The notes beneath the pieces are model-generated. The model saw only the letters and a program-made list of their open reading frames with translations. It was not told where the DNA came from and searched no databases. The translations under genes and the position numbers were made by a program. This document shows positions 37,601 to 50,500 of a stretch of DNA of 64,000 nt, in pieces. Position 1 is the first letter of the stretch. Every line of letters begins with the position of its first letter. The stretch is from Phoronis australis (Eukaryota; Animalia; Phoronida), in assembly GCA_002633005.1 (NCBI GenBank), contig NMRA01000234.1, forward strand, positions 183,535 to 247,534, given 5' to 3'.

Positions 37601-40600
37601 AAGAATTTTGGTCAAAATGATGCACATTCATCATGGTGGTAATTATTTTATGTCGAAAGTATTGCATCACCACTGTATCCATCGTAACGAAGAGATAAGT
37701 CTTACTGATGCATATTACAGCCACTAAGATATAATTCATAAAATCCGCCAATACAACACGTATCGCCATCATCATATTTTTAACAAGTGACATGTTTTGA
37801 GAAGATAAAATACAAATCTTCACAAAAAATTAAGGAAATTTTAGTGAACTCCAACTACAGCCAGGGTGTTTAAACTGTTGTTATCCTTACGATGACCGTG
37901 TGTATCATTTGAAACTTCCTAGAGAGAAGTGTGTAGTTGTAATGGTGGCAGTGCTTACCTGGGCTTTCTCTCAACTTCTTCAGCAGTTGTGCTCAGTTTG
38001 ACTGACCTCTTCTTGTGTTCTGAAATCACACAGTGTTATTAGACATTGTTTCTATACTACTATGCCTACATTAAGAGACAGGTTGGACAAAATCACAGTT
38101 TATTAGACATTGATTCTGTACTATTATGCCTCCACTAAGAGACAGGTATTTAGAAAATAGCTCCCCCACACCAATTTTAGAAGAAAACGTGAAGAATAAC
38201 AGTAGCAAAAACTAAGTAGACTAAAATTTTGCATTTTAATTTCAAGTGGCAGTGAAAAATACTAAAATTTCCATATGTTTACAAACAGCCACATGGAAGG
38301 CATATTTCATTTTTATTTCCTCCTCACAGTTGGTGGTGCCTTCTCAAAGAAAATACCACCCAATCTAATAACTGAACATTAAAACAGGCAGGCTGAACTA
38401 ATAAACATCAAAAGCTTAAAGCGGTGGACACGTATTGTGAAATATCCTTAGAGTTCATTCGATCCCATTGACAGAGAGCACTCTTGAACTAAGCAGTGAA
38501 TGACATACAAATAACATAGTGGTTATGACAGCAACATAGGCAGAATCTATTCATTTTGAAGGATGACACAGCAAAATAACCAAAGTATGCAAATTACACA
38601 AAATAGACTAAATGCTGATATGAATGTAGTTCTCACCAACAGGAGTGAAATGAACTTAAAACAGTTCATAGGACATTGGGTTAAGTACTAAACAAAATTT
38701 TTAAACACAGGAGCGGTAACGAAAATTAACATTAAATAAACAATTAAGTGAATCATTAACATCAAGTGAATCATTAACATCAACATCAACACCAGTGCTG
38801 TTCAAAAACTTCATAAAAATATTAGTTAACAACTTAACTTTAACATCAACATCAGTCACCTCTTGGCCCTTCAGGAAACAGTGGCCGTCTCAACTTGTGA
38901 GCAGTTGATAGGAACTTGTCTGCGCACGTGTTTGTATTTATTCTACGTGGGTAAAGAGGACTGCGGAATGTTGAACGACCATTGCTCCACTCCTTGAGAC
39001 GTGGGCAAGATGGGTCGATTGGCCAACAGGGGGAGACATAGTTGAGCTCTGAGGATAGACCGTGGAGAGATAAGGCAGAGGTTGATACTACGCAACCAAC
39101 TAAAATCTATTAATAAAGAATCTGTTGATCAGGACTAACTTGGTGACGAGTGAGGTTAAACAGATTACTACAGTCAGTTGCTTGTTCCAAGAATTTACTG
39201 GTCAGGGATAACTAGCTGACAGTTTTACAAAAGTACTCAGTCTTACCTAGGACTGTCACTGAGTACCCAGTCTTATCTGGGACCGCCCTAGTCTTACCTG
39301 GGATTGCATAGAGTACCCGATCTTACCTGGGACTGTCATTGAGTACCCAGACTCCCTGAGAGCGGTGTATCTTGCGGTGCTGTATTTATTGGCAAGGGCA
39401 TCCAATTCATTCTGATTAAAAACAAAGCAGAATTCACAAGTACAAAAATGCTAATTTCGTGGTAACAATATTTATGGTTTACAAAAAGGACAAGTATAGG
39501 ACGGTATTGACAAGCAGGGCAGTCCCACCAATCACAACACTAACAGCTCAGCCAGTCACATTGATAGCGTTATACTCTTAAGAAAATAATTCATTTCGCA
39601 AGCTGGCTTTCCTTTCTCAAAATATTCAATACAAATGCACATTCTTCTCACAAACCAATTATATTCTGATGGCATTTTTGGATAGAATGGCTCAGGGCTG
39701 TGCTGTTTGTAACCAAAGAAGACCGACTACCCAAATAAACAGTAACAACTGTAGACACATAAGTATACCCTCATTTACAGTTTGGGCATATGTCCCTGAG
39801 GCCATAAGAATGTCTACCTCTAACAAGCAACAAATAGGCATATGCACAGATAATACAGCAAATTCCTCCTAACTGAGTCTGTAGATATGCTTTACAATGC
39901 AATAACCGTCACTTGTGCCGTGCCTGAAATTAAACTATTCCAAATAGTCACAAAATGGCTTTTATGAGAAATTGTATAGTCTATGACATCAGTTTTTTTC
40001 AAACAATGCACCACGCAAACCACAGATAGTACTGAATAGCTGACGGAGATAAAAAAGATAGACATAATAATGCATCTAACAGTTCTCTGCAACTCTATGG
40101 TGACATCTCAGGCGAAAACAAAAATGCCAGACCAGGAAGTTAAGAGATCACCAAGAAAAATCTGTTAACAGCTTGAAAGGATATAGTTCATGAGAAGAAA
40201 TCAGCAAGACAAGTGCAGTATCACTTACATCTTATTTCCGAAGTCACAAATACTCTATAAAAGACAGATTAACGAGCCTGTTGAAGCCACACTACAGCTC
40301 ATGAGCAGCAGCAAATACAAAACAATATTGCTCCCAATAAAAAGCAATATGGCATTAGCTATCCAATGGATGTTAGCAGTTACCATCTAACACCATCCCA
40401 ATATGGTGCAATATGAGATCACCGGTCAAACATCATCTAACACCACTCACCTGCATGTCTCCAATACGATGTAATATGGCATCACCAGCAGGTCGCTGCA
40501 CCATCTGCTGGGCCTGCTGCTCAGTAAACATGTCATTATCAATCCTGTTGAACTCGTGAACAGTATCACTCAGGAGATCCTCCAATAACATCTCACTGAT

Positions 40601-43600
40601 CACATCAGCATTCACCTCCACCTGCATGCAAAACAAAACGGTTGAAAACCATGACCCAACCTCCAATAAGAAACACATTCAATGACCAAACACCACACAA
40701 GAGTTGGTTGATATATGTCGTATGGAAGGCTGATTTTACAATTATCTTAAATATTGTGATTTGATACGAGTGTTATATGTATGTGAAAGACTGCAGTTGA
40801 AAATGATTCATATTTAGTGTGTTATTGAACACAGAAATATAACATACTATATATAACATACTGTTTTCATATTATTCACAAAACACTAATCTTATCAATT
40901 CAACGGCAAAGTCTTAGACTGGCACTCACTGATCAGTGCACAGCACTGTCAATTTACCTTGTCAGCCATTTGATTGGACAGTTGACGTCTCAGTGACTGG
41001 TGATCTTGCCTATAGAGGGCAGCTTCTTGATCAACAATGTCCTGAAACATTAACTGAAAGTTCAGTCTGCCTGTTGTCTCTAAGTGCCAAACCATAACAA
41101 GGGCAGTGATCAGTTAAGCTAGTGTGTTGTGAGTTGGGCGATATCCTGCAAGGTGCTAAACATTATACAGCTATACCAACTAACCACACAAGTGTTCATA
41201 CACTGATGTTCATTTTTATGGCACCACCAAAATACTAGCTGGGTTGAAAGTCAAATCTGAATTCATTCAGTTTCAGTAAGACTTGCTACTGTTTTTGATA
41301 ACCAAAAGGCCTGGACAATCATGCACAAACCTGGGCTTTAGTCAACACCGGCCTCAGTTTGTCGTTAATGACTTTTTCTGCATTTCTAAGGAGTCTTTCA
41401 GTCCTCTTGTCAAACTCCATTCTGAAAACAGAGAAGAGTTGTTATAAAAGCAATGAATTTAAAACAAATTTATTTACATGTGTACTCAGACTTGTTTGCC
41501 TATTTATTTGTTAAGGTCATAAATGTAACTGTTTAATCCAATAAATAAGCTTGGAACAAAAATTCAGTTTGCAGTGTTCAGTTAGTAAAGGGATTGAATC
41601 TTGTTCATTTTCAATTCATTTCTCACATGATAAATTGGACAGTATTCTTCAAATGTACAAAAAAGCCACTCAATAATCACATTTTGTCACTATACTGGCC
41701 CAGAACACTTGGTGATCATTTGTAGACATCATACCAACAGGTGGCACTGTGAGAAAACAAGAAAGATCGAATCAGTTATTTATGAAATGTTTACAAAAAA
41801 CTATTAGCTTTTAGTTTTTTGTTTTCTGCATTTTAAAAACTTAACTGAGCGATTCTAGGTTTTAATTCAGTTAAGAAGTGTACAAGTGTTATTTTAAAGG
41901 GGAATTCTGAGAGTTTTTGAAGTTTTAGCAAACCTTAAGGGTCTAAAATGAGTTATTAGATTCTAACTGGTTATCATTTAGGGGATAAATCATATTGTTG
42001 AAATTTGTGGATTCCTGATACCTGAAGCTGATGTCGCAATAATTCATCGCAGATCTTTACTGTATCAGCCTTTTGAAAAATCTTCATTTTAGTGCCGTGT
42101 TAAACAACTATTTGTCGTATTTGTTATGTGAAAGTCTTGTGGTTAATTATTAGGAATGAAGTGATTGACATTTTTTAACTGCAATTTAGCATCTGAAATT
42201 GAATACCTCACAAAAAATTAAGATCATTTTACCCCAAAAAATGTGATAAAAATTAGCTAAAATAGATGTTTTAAGTTCCAGTTCTCTAGTACTCGTACTC
42301 ATTGAACCATGGTACATAATTGACCAGCAAGTTGTGACGCCGGCCAAGATTGTGGGAATGCTTAACAATGGACTAGATTATTTGATACCTGGAAACTGCT
42401 GCCATCTGGAGTTGAAATCAAATGATGGATTTTTGTAATGAGCCAAGACAGCCCAATGCTCAGCTTACCTCAACTGTTCCACAGTGCTGGCCATCTCAGC
42501 TTGATTCACCCGTTCCAACTGTTCCCTGTAGTTCTGCACATCTACTGGGCTGCCTGGCAGATGCATGACACCACGGCCAGACCTGAGGACAAGACAACAA
42601 AATGGAACACAACATAGTTACAGGAATAATTCTGGTTTTGTAACAAAATACATTGCCAACCTAGTATTAACAATACCAACGGAGTGAAATGACTGCTTGT
42701 AATGGTTATCAGCCAAGAATTTTGCCACACTACATTTTTGAGAACATGCATGTTTTTGTCAAGTTACCACTGGCAAGTAAAAATTGAGAGCCAGTTTTTC
42801 AGTAATTATCATTACGTACTGACAACACTGTGTCACCAAAACTAAAACAATGTTATTTAAGTAGTAGCTTGATTGTTTAGACTCCATGTATTTTGACAAG
42901 AAACACAAATAAAAAACTCAAAAATCTTGACATAAAGTAACCTGTAACAAACTTGTTCACCTTTAATTACATTACAGATGTAGAAATGTAGCAAACAACA
43001 AATTATATTAATTATATATTATTGCTGCTATAATAACAGTACAGTTGCAAATAATAAATATTATTAATTGTATATTATTGCTTCTATAACACTAGACTTT
43101 AGAAATGTTGCAAATAACAAATAATATTAATTATATATTATTACTGCTATAAACAGACCTGGTAGACAACATCATGTTTTGTAATCTCCGGAGATGTTGT
43201 GTAATATACAGATCACGAGTTCAGAATCATTTAGTAGAGATACTGTACTGCACTGTCCTTTGTCAGCTGGTTGCTGCTGTTTACTGCCATTGTGTGATCT
43301 AGAAGTACCAGGAGGAGTTGGACTCCTTGGTCTCAGTTTTTGGATTTATTTTTAAAATGGCCTTACAGACTTTCTGGGAATATCAAATTCAGTTTTGACT
43401 GGATGATTGCCACAAAGTGTGGTCAGTAGTGTATATAATCCCCTGTAATCCCATTGAACTATATACACTAGGTGGTGCTCTAATCTCCTGGGTCTGTCCA
43501 CTAGGTGGTGCTCAAATCCACTGGGTCTGTACACGTGGTGTTCTTCCTGGTGCACAGGCTTCATTTTGTCCAAGTGATGTGTGAGACCAGTCTTCTGAGC

Positions 43601-44535
43601 ACAACATTACCGCTCAAGAAGGTGGGACAACAGTGTGGTAACCATGGAAACCTGATCTACTTGCAGTCACATGATGGTGAGAAACAACAAAAGCCATCCA
43701 TTCATTGGCAAAGGACCCTCGAATGCAGTGATAATCACTTGAATCCTCAATGGGATGTCTCTGAGTAAGTGATCAATGCTTTACTTGACAACAAACTAAA
43801 TTTAGCAACTACATGACTGGACAATTAGGATATGTCAACAAATGCTTAGATCAGTAGACATATACATACAATGTATACACAGAGACTTACCCTGCTGGAG
43901 AAGCTCGTACAGACTCGCGTTCACTCCAAGCCTCTTGAGGACTTGGTGGAGTTCCACTTTGTTTGGTTGGTGTCAGAGACACCGGTCTAACAACCTGTGA
44001 TTGTTCATTGGGCCGTTGCTCGTATCGTGGTGGGAGGGAGCGCTGTTTCATTTTTGATGCCATGGTGGGTGCATTATATTTAGCTGAGAACTGTGATGCA
44101 GCTTGTTTAGCCTGAAGGAAATAATAAAGTTGATACAGCACACTTTTTATGTACACTCAAAGAGAGAATACAACCTTCCTACTGGCTGCAAAGGAGATAA
44201 TACACCCTTCTTATTGATTGCAGAATAGAGAATATACACTTCTCATTGGAAGCAAAACAGAGAATATAGTGCCTTCTTATAGACTGCGGAGCAGATTATA
44301 TATAATTTTTATTTGAAGCAGAGTAGAGAACATAGCGACACTTCTTATTGGCTGCACAGGACAATTGGGAGATACCAATAAAAACTTCCTGAAGAAGTAA
44401 ATGTCCCTAAGAGTAACATTCAGCTAGTGTGATAGGTTTGTTGGTGACTGTAATACTCCAGTCCTGTTAACTGTTCATAAGTCAAATTTTTACTTTGTTT
44501 AACCTTACCTTACGAAATGTCCTCACTGTGAACGG

Positions 44536-44567
<32 letters not shown>

Positions 44568-47500
44568 CATTAACATTTGACAGCACAAATGAGCTACATC
44601 ACATCATTTCACTAGCAATAGTGTTTGACAATATGCAGTTCATTTTCACCTCCATAAGGCATCTACTCTGACCAATAGAGTGGTACATTTGATTAGCAAT
44701 ATTTCAGTTGCCGATCACTGAGCGACTCGTCATATTTGAATATAACATTGAAAAAACAAACACAACACAGTAAACACATCCAAAAACAAGATATAACAGT
44801 GGTTCAGTCAAGCAAACATCAACACAACGGCTCAACACAAAGGCTCAACAATACAGCTCAACACAACGGCTCGACACTACAGTACACCTTCATCATAGCT
44901 CGGTGTCTCTTGGTCTGTTTACTGAAAGCTCTCCGTAGACGTAGACGTTCATGAACTGGAGGTGGCTGGTATGAGAACCCCCAGCCTTTTCTAGTCCAAT
45001 TCCTTACCCAGGGTTTTTTCCTTGGTTTCTTCAAGACAGCTGTGGGACGTTTAACTTGCACTCCTAGAACAGGTAATGATACTTATAATGTTCAACAATA
45101 TAAACAAAAACAAATATACAACAAATCTCAAAAAACGTAAAAATAAGTAAAATCTGTAATAGCATCGACCATATAACAGAAATTAAAAGTAAACACAATT
45201 ATTAGTTAAATGCAACAATGCATGACACCAGTAGAATGAGAGCTAAATAAAGTGTTGACGTGTGGCCACAGAGCTGTGCAAACAGTATGGTCATGGAAAT
45301 GCTAATAGGTTTGATACAATACAATCAGATTACTTAAAGGGATACTCCTTCGCGTCTTTGATATGAGGCAAAGTGGGCCAGTTTGAACATCTATAAAACA
45401 GGTGTGTGTCAGTGATATTACACTTCACTAAGATCATACATCAGTTAGCGTAAACTGGAGATTACAAAACCTCCCATTAACTTGAAATTACTTGAATTCT
45501 TGAATTTAGTGAAAAAATATGCCTCAACAGCAGAAAGAAATATCATTTTGATCTGTGGACACCCTAACAGTAACACTAGGGGGTGCTGGGGTAATCTGTT
45601 TATCTGGCGATGGCATATTTTCACCATTTACTCCTGTGCCAAGTTTCATCAAGGTCTACCCATTAAATCTCTACGTATCATCAGGAAAATGAAAAGGACA
45701 ATCTTGTCTAAAACTAAAATGGCCACTAAGAGGTGCTAGGGTAGTTAGATCCATAAAAAGTGCCATATACCTCTATGCAGTCCTTCATCCTTCATGTGTC
45801 TGAGGCATCAAAACTGATAACTGACTCAAATATATACACCCTAGCTAGGACGCCCTATTCAGTATCTGGATATCCAAGTAAAGTAAGGTAAACTTTGGGG
45901 TCCTTTTTATCTTGCCAAGAACAGCTCTGGGAGCTCACTGGCCAGCCAAGATTAAAAAAACATTGCTTTAGAAATGATGTAAGACACAAAAAACTTTATT
46001 ACAGAACTGTAACACAAAAAATCAATTTGACTTGGGATCACAAAAACGCTGTCACGTGTTCTTGATCATGGACGTCCTGAGAAATTGGGGAAACCCATTA
46101 AAAGGGCCTAATATTTTATCAATCCGTTCCATACATATCACCTGAAAACATTACAGCAAGATCTTTTTAAGTTATAAAAAGAATAAAATACAGCCATTAG
46201 GAGAACTAGGAAAGTTAAATTCATCTTAAAATCGGCAATTATTGGCACATTTTTGCTGTATACTGCTAAGTCAAGTTCTGTTAAAACCTGTTTTGAATAA
46301 TCAATAGAGATTTCAAAATGAGTCAAAAACCAAAACGGCCAACAATCTGTCCAGAAATCAACTAGTTCATCCCAAAAGTCAACAGGCAAGGAAAACCACA
46401 TGAAAACTACTATATGCTAGAGGATGCTAAGGTAGTAGAATTAGCCAAAAATTTATCTATCAAGTACTTTTTGTCATATATTTTTAATAGATCACACTCC
46501 CAGACTTTGAGAGGCAGGGAAGATAAAAGTGGCATGCATTGCCCTACTGCTGATGTACACCCTTGTTCCAAATTTCAACAAATTCCAAGAGGGGTTTTGA
46601 TAAATGGAGAGGACAAACAGACAGGGTGGTGACAATGTGCAGCCACACGATACATTATGTGTGGCTGGATAATAAAGTTATCAACCAAATAAACTAACAA
46701 ATAAAACACACAGAAACGAAAATAATATTAAAAGCGCATGGTCAGAGGTATTGTATCTTTGAACATTAATTAGCCTAGGAACAGAAATCTTTTGTCAATT
46801 CATAGGGATCTGTTCTTCACAAACCAGCAAAGTGCATATCGTACCATGATCACCCTGCTCATTTCGTGATTAAAATAAATAAATGCTCAACACAACATAC
46901 ACAGAATAAATACAACATCAAAAGAGACAAGTCTTCACTGTGGCTACCTTTGTTGCGAACAATTTTCCTGTATTTATAGCCAGTTAAATCTCGATCGGCG
47001 TAGTCGTCCATGACAACACTTCGAGGGTAACAGAAGCATGGCCCTTGCATTCTATCACCTGATAAAGTGGTCAAGTTACAACAGGTACTAAACATTGTCC
47101 AGAGCCATGACAGCCAGTGGGGAGAGAGTCATGACAACAACTAGGAGAGGGAGCCATGTCAACTATTAGGGGAGGGAGTCATGTCAAGCAATAGGGGAGG
47201 GAGTCATGACAGACACTAGGGCAGGGAGTCATGACAACAACTAGGGGAGGGAGCCATGTCAACTATTAGGGGAGGGAGTCATGTCAACCACTAGGGCAGG
47301 GAGTCATAACAACAAGGGGAGGGAGCCATGTCAACCACTAGGGCAGGAGTCATGACGATTAATAAGGCAGTTATGATGACCACATAAAACGACATGCATA
47401 AAGCTTGTGTTACCAGTTTTCTGTGTCGCCAAATATATGTAATATTAGGTTTGTTTGAAGATGATCACAAATGTGCTCAATATGTGTCGCTGATTTGCAA

Positions 47501-50500
47501 TGCACATGACAGATTTCATCATTTCATTTCTTACCACAAGTGAATTCAATTAGTAATAGTCAGTCAATGTCACCATCTAACGGGTGCGTCATACACTTAC
47601 GTGCAACAGGATTAATGCGTGAGTCAAACTCGGGGAAGAGTTCCTTCTTTGGTGGGGGCTCGTCACGAGGTCCTCGTAGGTCACTTTGCCTCTCCAACAA
47701 TCTTCTCAGGTATGGAGACAGAACACGTGACTTGTCATCTATCCATGAGTCGTTGATACTCTGCATAAGCACAGCAGTCATTCTCACATCAATAACTTAA
47801 ATGGAGTACAGACAGGGGAAGTCATATGTAGCTCGAATAGTGCCAAATAACCAGAAAAACCAAACAATACAAACCAAAAGCAAGTGACTCATTACTTCCT
47901 CTGATGAGCCTGAGCACAAGTTAGCTGAATTTACTGTCACGACAGCTGAGTGCAATTCAGACCATCTATCATGATGGAAAATACAAAGTGGAAAGACAGT
48001 TCACTACTACAAAAGTTAGGGTCCAGCCAAAAGTAAGCAAACCTTAGTTGTGATATCTAATACAGATGCAGAACACAGTATGGTTAAATCACCCTGTGTG
48101 ACCCATTCATGTGAGATTCTTGTTTCTCTCACATTTGCATCAATCAGCATAAATAAAATAAATTAAAGATTTTAGAGTGACCACCACAATATCTGTACAA
48201 TAAGCAATCCAAAATGTAACAATGATTTCTATTGTTATTCATTATTCATTCCAAGCTTTATAAAAATTCATGGGCAATAAGATAATAATTTGTTTAATAC
48301 CACTTACTCATTACCTATTACAGATGCAAAGTTTCAGAACAGATACACTAGATGTCACCATAGGCCATGTACTAAATACTCTACTACAAGAAAATCAGAA
48401 ACGTTAAGGGCAAACTAACACTAAGCCATTGGTATTCACCCAACTCACCGCCACAGTGGGCATAATAGTCCTCATCAGCTCATCATTGAGTCCAGCTCCA
48501 GCTATGTCAAGCTGAGCACAGCACACAGACAACTCTTTGATAAGCATGACCAGATCTGTGTACATGGTGGGCATGGCGTCACGGTTGAATTGGTCGGGCA
48601 GGTACTGTAGGAAAGTCTGGATGGCACGAGCAGCACCACGGTGAGCTGCCGCTAGCTTAGCTGTGGCCTGACTCTGGTGAATATACACAGACAATTGCAA
48701 CACTTCGTGGCCTGGCTCTGGTGACTATATATAGATCATTGTAAAATGTGTGGCCTGGCAGTGGTGACTATACATAGATAATTGTAACACCATGTAGCCT
48801 AGCTCTGGTGACTACACATAGCAGGGTCCTCATTCATATGAGGGGAAAAGTGCCTGTGCCTTCTTAGAGGGGGATTTTTTGGGGTGAGGAGAAAATTCTA
48901 CTTCCCGATCACCATTAATAACATCCCCTACCTCTGTTGGAAGCTATTCTACGCTCTGCCTCAAGTAGCCAAAACTAACAGTTTGTGCTCTTTCTATTTA
49001 AATTGTCAGGTGTGTGAGTTACAAGTGAACCTTGAGAGCAACTTTTGGGTCTCGTGACAGGAATTTGCTGTGATTTTTCAATATTTTTTCAGAGGGGAAT
49101 GGGGCAGTGTGAGTAGCATCATTTGCATTTTGTTCAACTGTGGCCAGACTCTGGTGAATATACAGACTAGCATTTTGTGAATAACACAACGTCTAGTTCT
49201 GCTGTGGCCAGACTGGTGAATATACAGATTAGCATTTTGTGAATAACACAACGTCTAGTTCAACTGTAGCCCGACTCTGGTGAATGTACAGACTAGCATT
49301 TTGTGAATAACACGTCTAGTTCTGCTGTGGCCAGACTCTGGTGAATATACAGACTAGCATTTTGTGAATAACACGTCTAGTTCTGCTGTGGCCAGACTCT
49401 GGTGAATATACAGACTAGCATTTTGTGAATAACACAACGTCTAGTTCAACTGTGGCCCGACTCTGGTGAATATACAGACTAGCATTTTGTGAATAACACA
49501 ACGTCTAGTTCTGCTGTGGCCTGACTTTGACAAACACACTTATCATTGCACGACAGGGGCAGGACCATCACAGGCTTCAAGTTTCAAAGAGTGAGTAACC
49601 TATTTACAAATGGTGATTATTTTAAGAGGCATTTTGACCACCTGTTGAGTTCCCTGATATGATCAACCAGTACCTTTCTAGTATGACTAACCAGCAGCCC
49701 CTAACATGACTATCCAATGCCCCCCCCTAACATGACTAGCCAGTACCCCCTAATGTGACTACCCTGTAATATGATTAACAAGTACAAATATCCAGTTTTA
49801 AGTTTATCACACATATTCCACATTTTGACAGCTATAATTTGTGACTACTAGAGGTTCAGGTATTTTTCATTTTATTTTCATGAAATCACCACAGTTATAT
49901 AACAAGACGTTTTGTGCCATGGAGTGTTAGGTCTATTGAGAAACTGAAAGCAACATGAGCAGTATGATTCACAGTTACATTGTAACAAGACACACGAATC
50001 ACTAGTTTTATGTTGTGGAGTGTTGAGTCCAGTGTGGAACTGAAGTATGATTAATTTAAAATTATACAAAATGTGTTGTGACCTCAGCCCGTAGTCACTT
50101 AATGTGAACATGAATTCATTTTCAGACAGTCCAGCAGTTCTTCACAGAATAATGAGTTAATTGAATTGAAATCATACCTTTTTTGTGTGTTTTACCGGAG
50201 AGTCACGTGTGCGGCGAAGCTCATTCTGAATATCTCGTACTTGTTTTTGCAGGAAATAGAGCATTCTTGTAGACCGCATATGACGCTCCTTCAATCGACG
50301 TGCCTTACGCACCGGATCATCATCATCATACCAATCCACTTGATCCCCCTTACGCAAGCCTCTCAACTTCACTTCCTCTGTGGGCAATTATTTGCTGAGT
50401 TTTATGACAACACAACATGAATCAGCAGAAACTAATAGAGATCAAGATCTTGCACATATCTGACAATTGGTTACAAGTTGGACTTTATTGCTGATAATGT

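Noticed and set aside
43158-43650. GC-richer stretch as an additional moonraker exon
   Set aside because: The phase-2 frame from the AG at ~43652 hits a stop, and the flanking exons (43891 to 42582) already join in frame.
49138-49525. Regular ~62-bp repeats that superficially resemble a CRISPR array
   Set aside because: The whole unit repeats with no unique spacers, there are no cas genes, and it lies in a eukaryotic intron.
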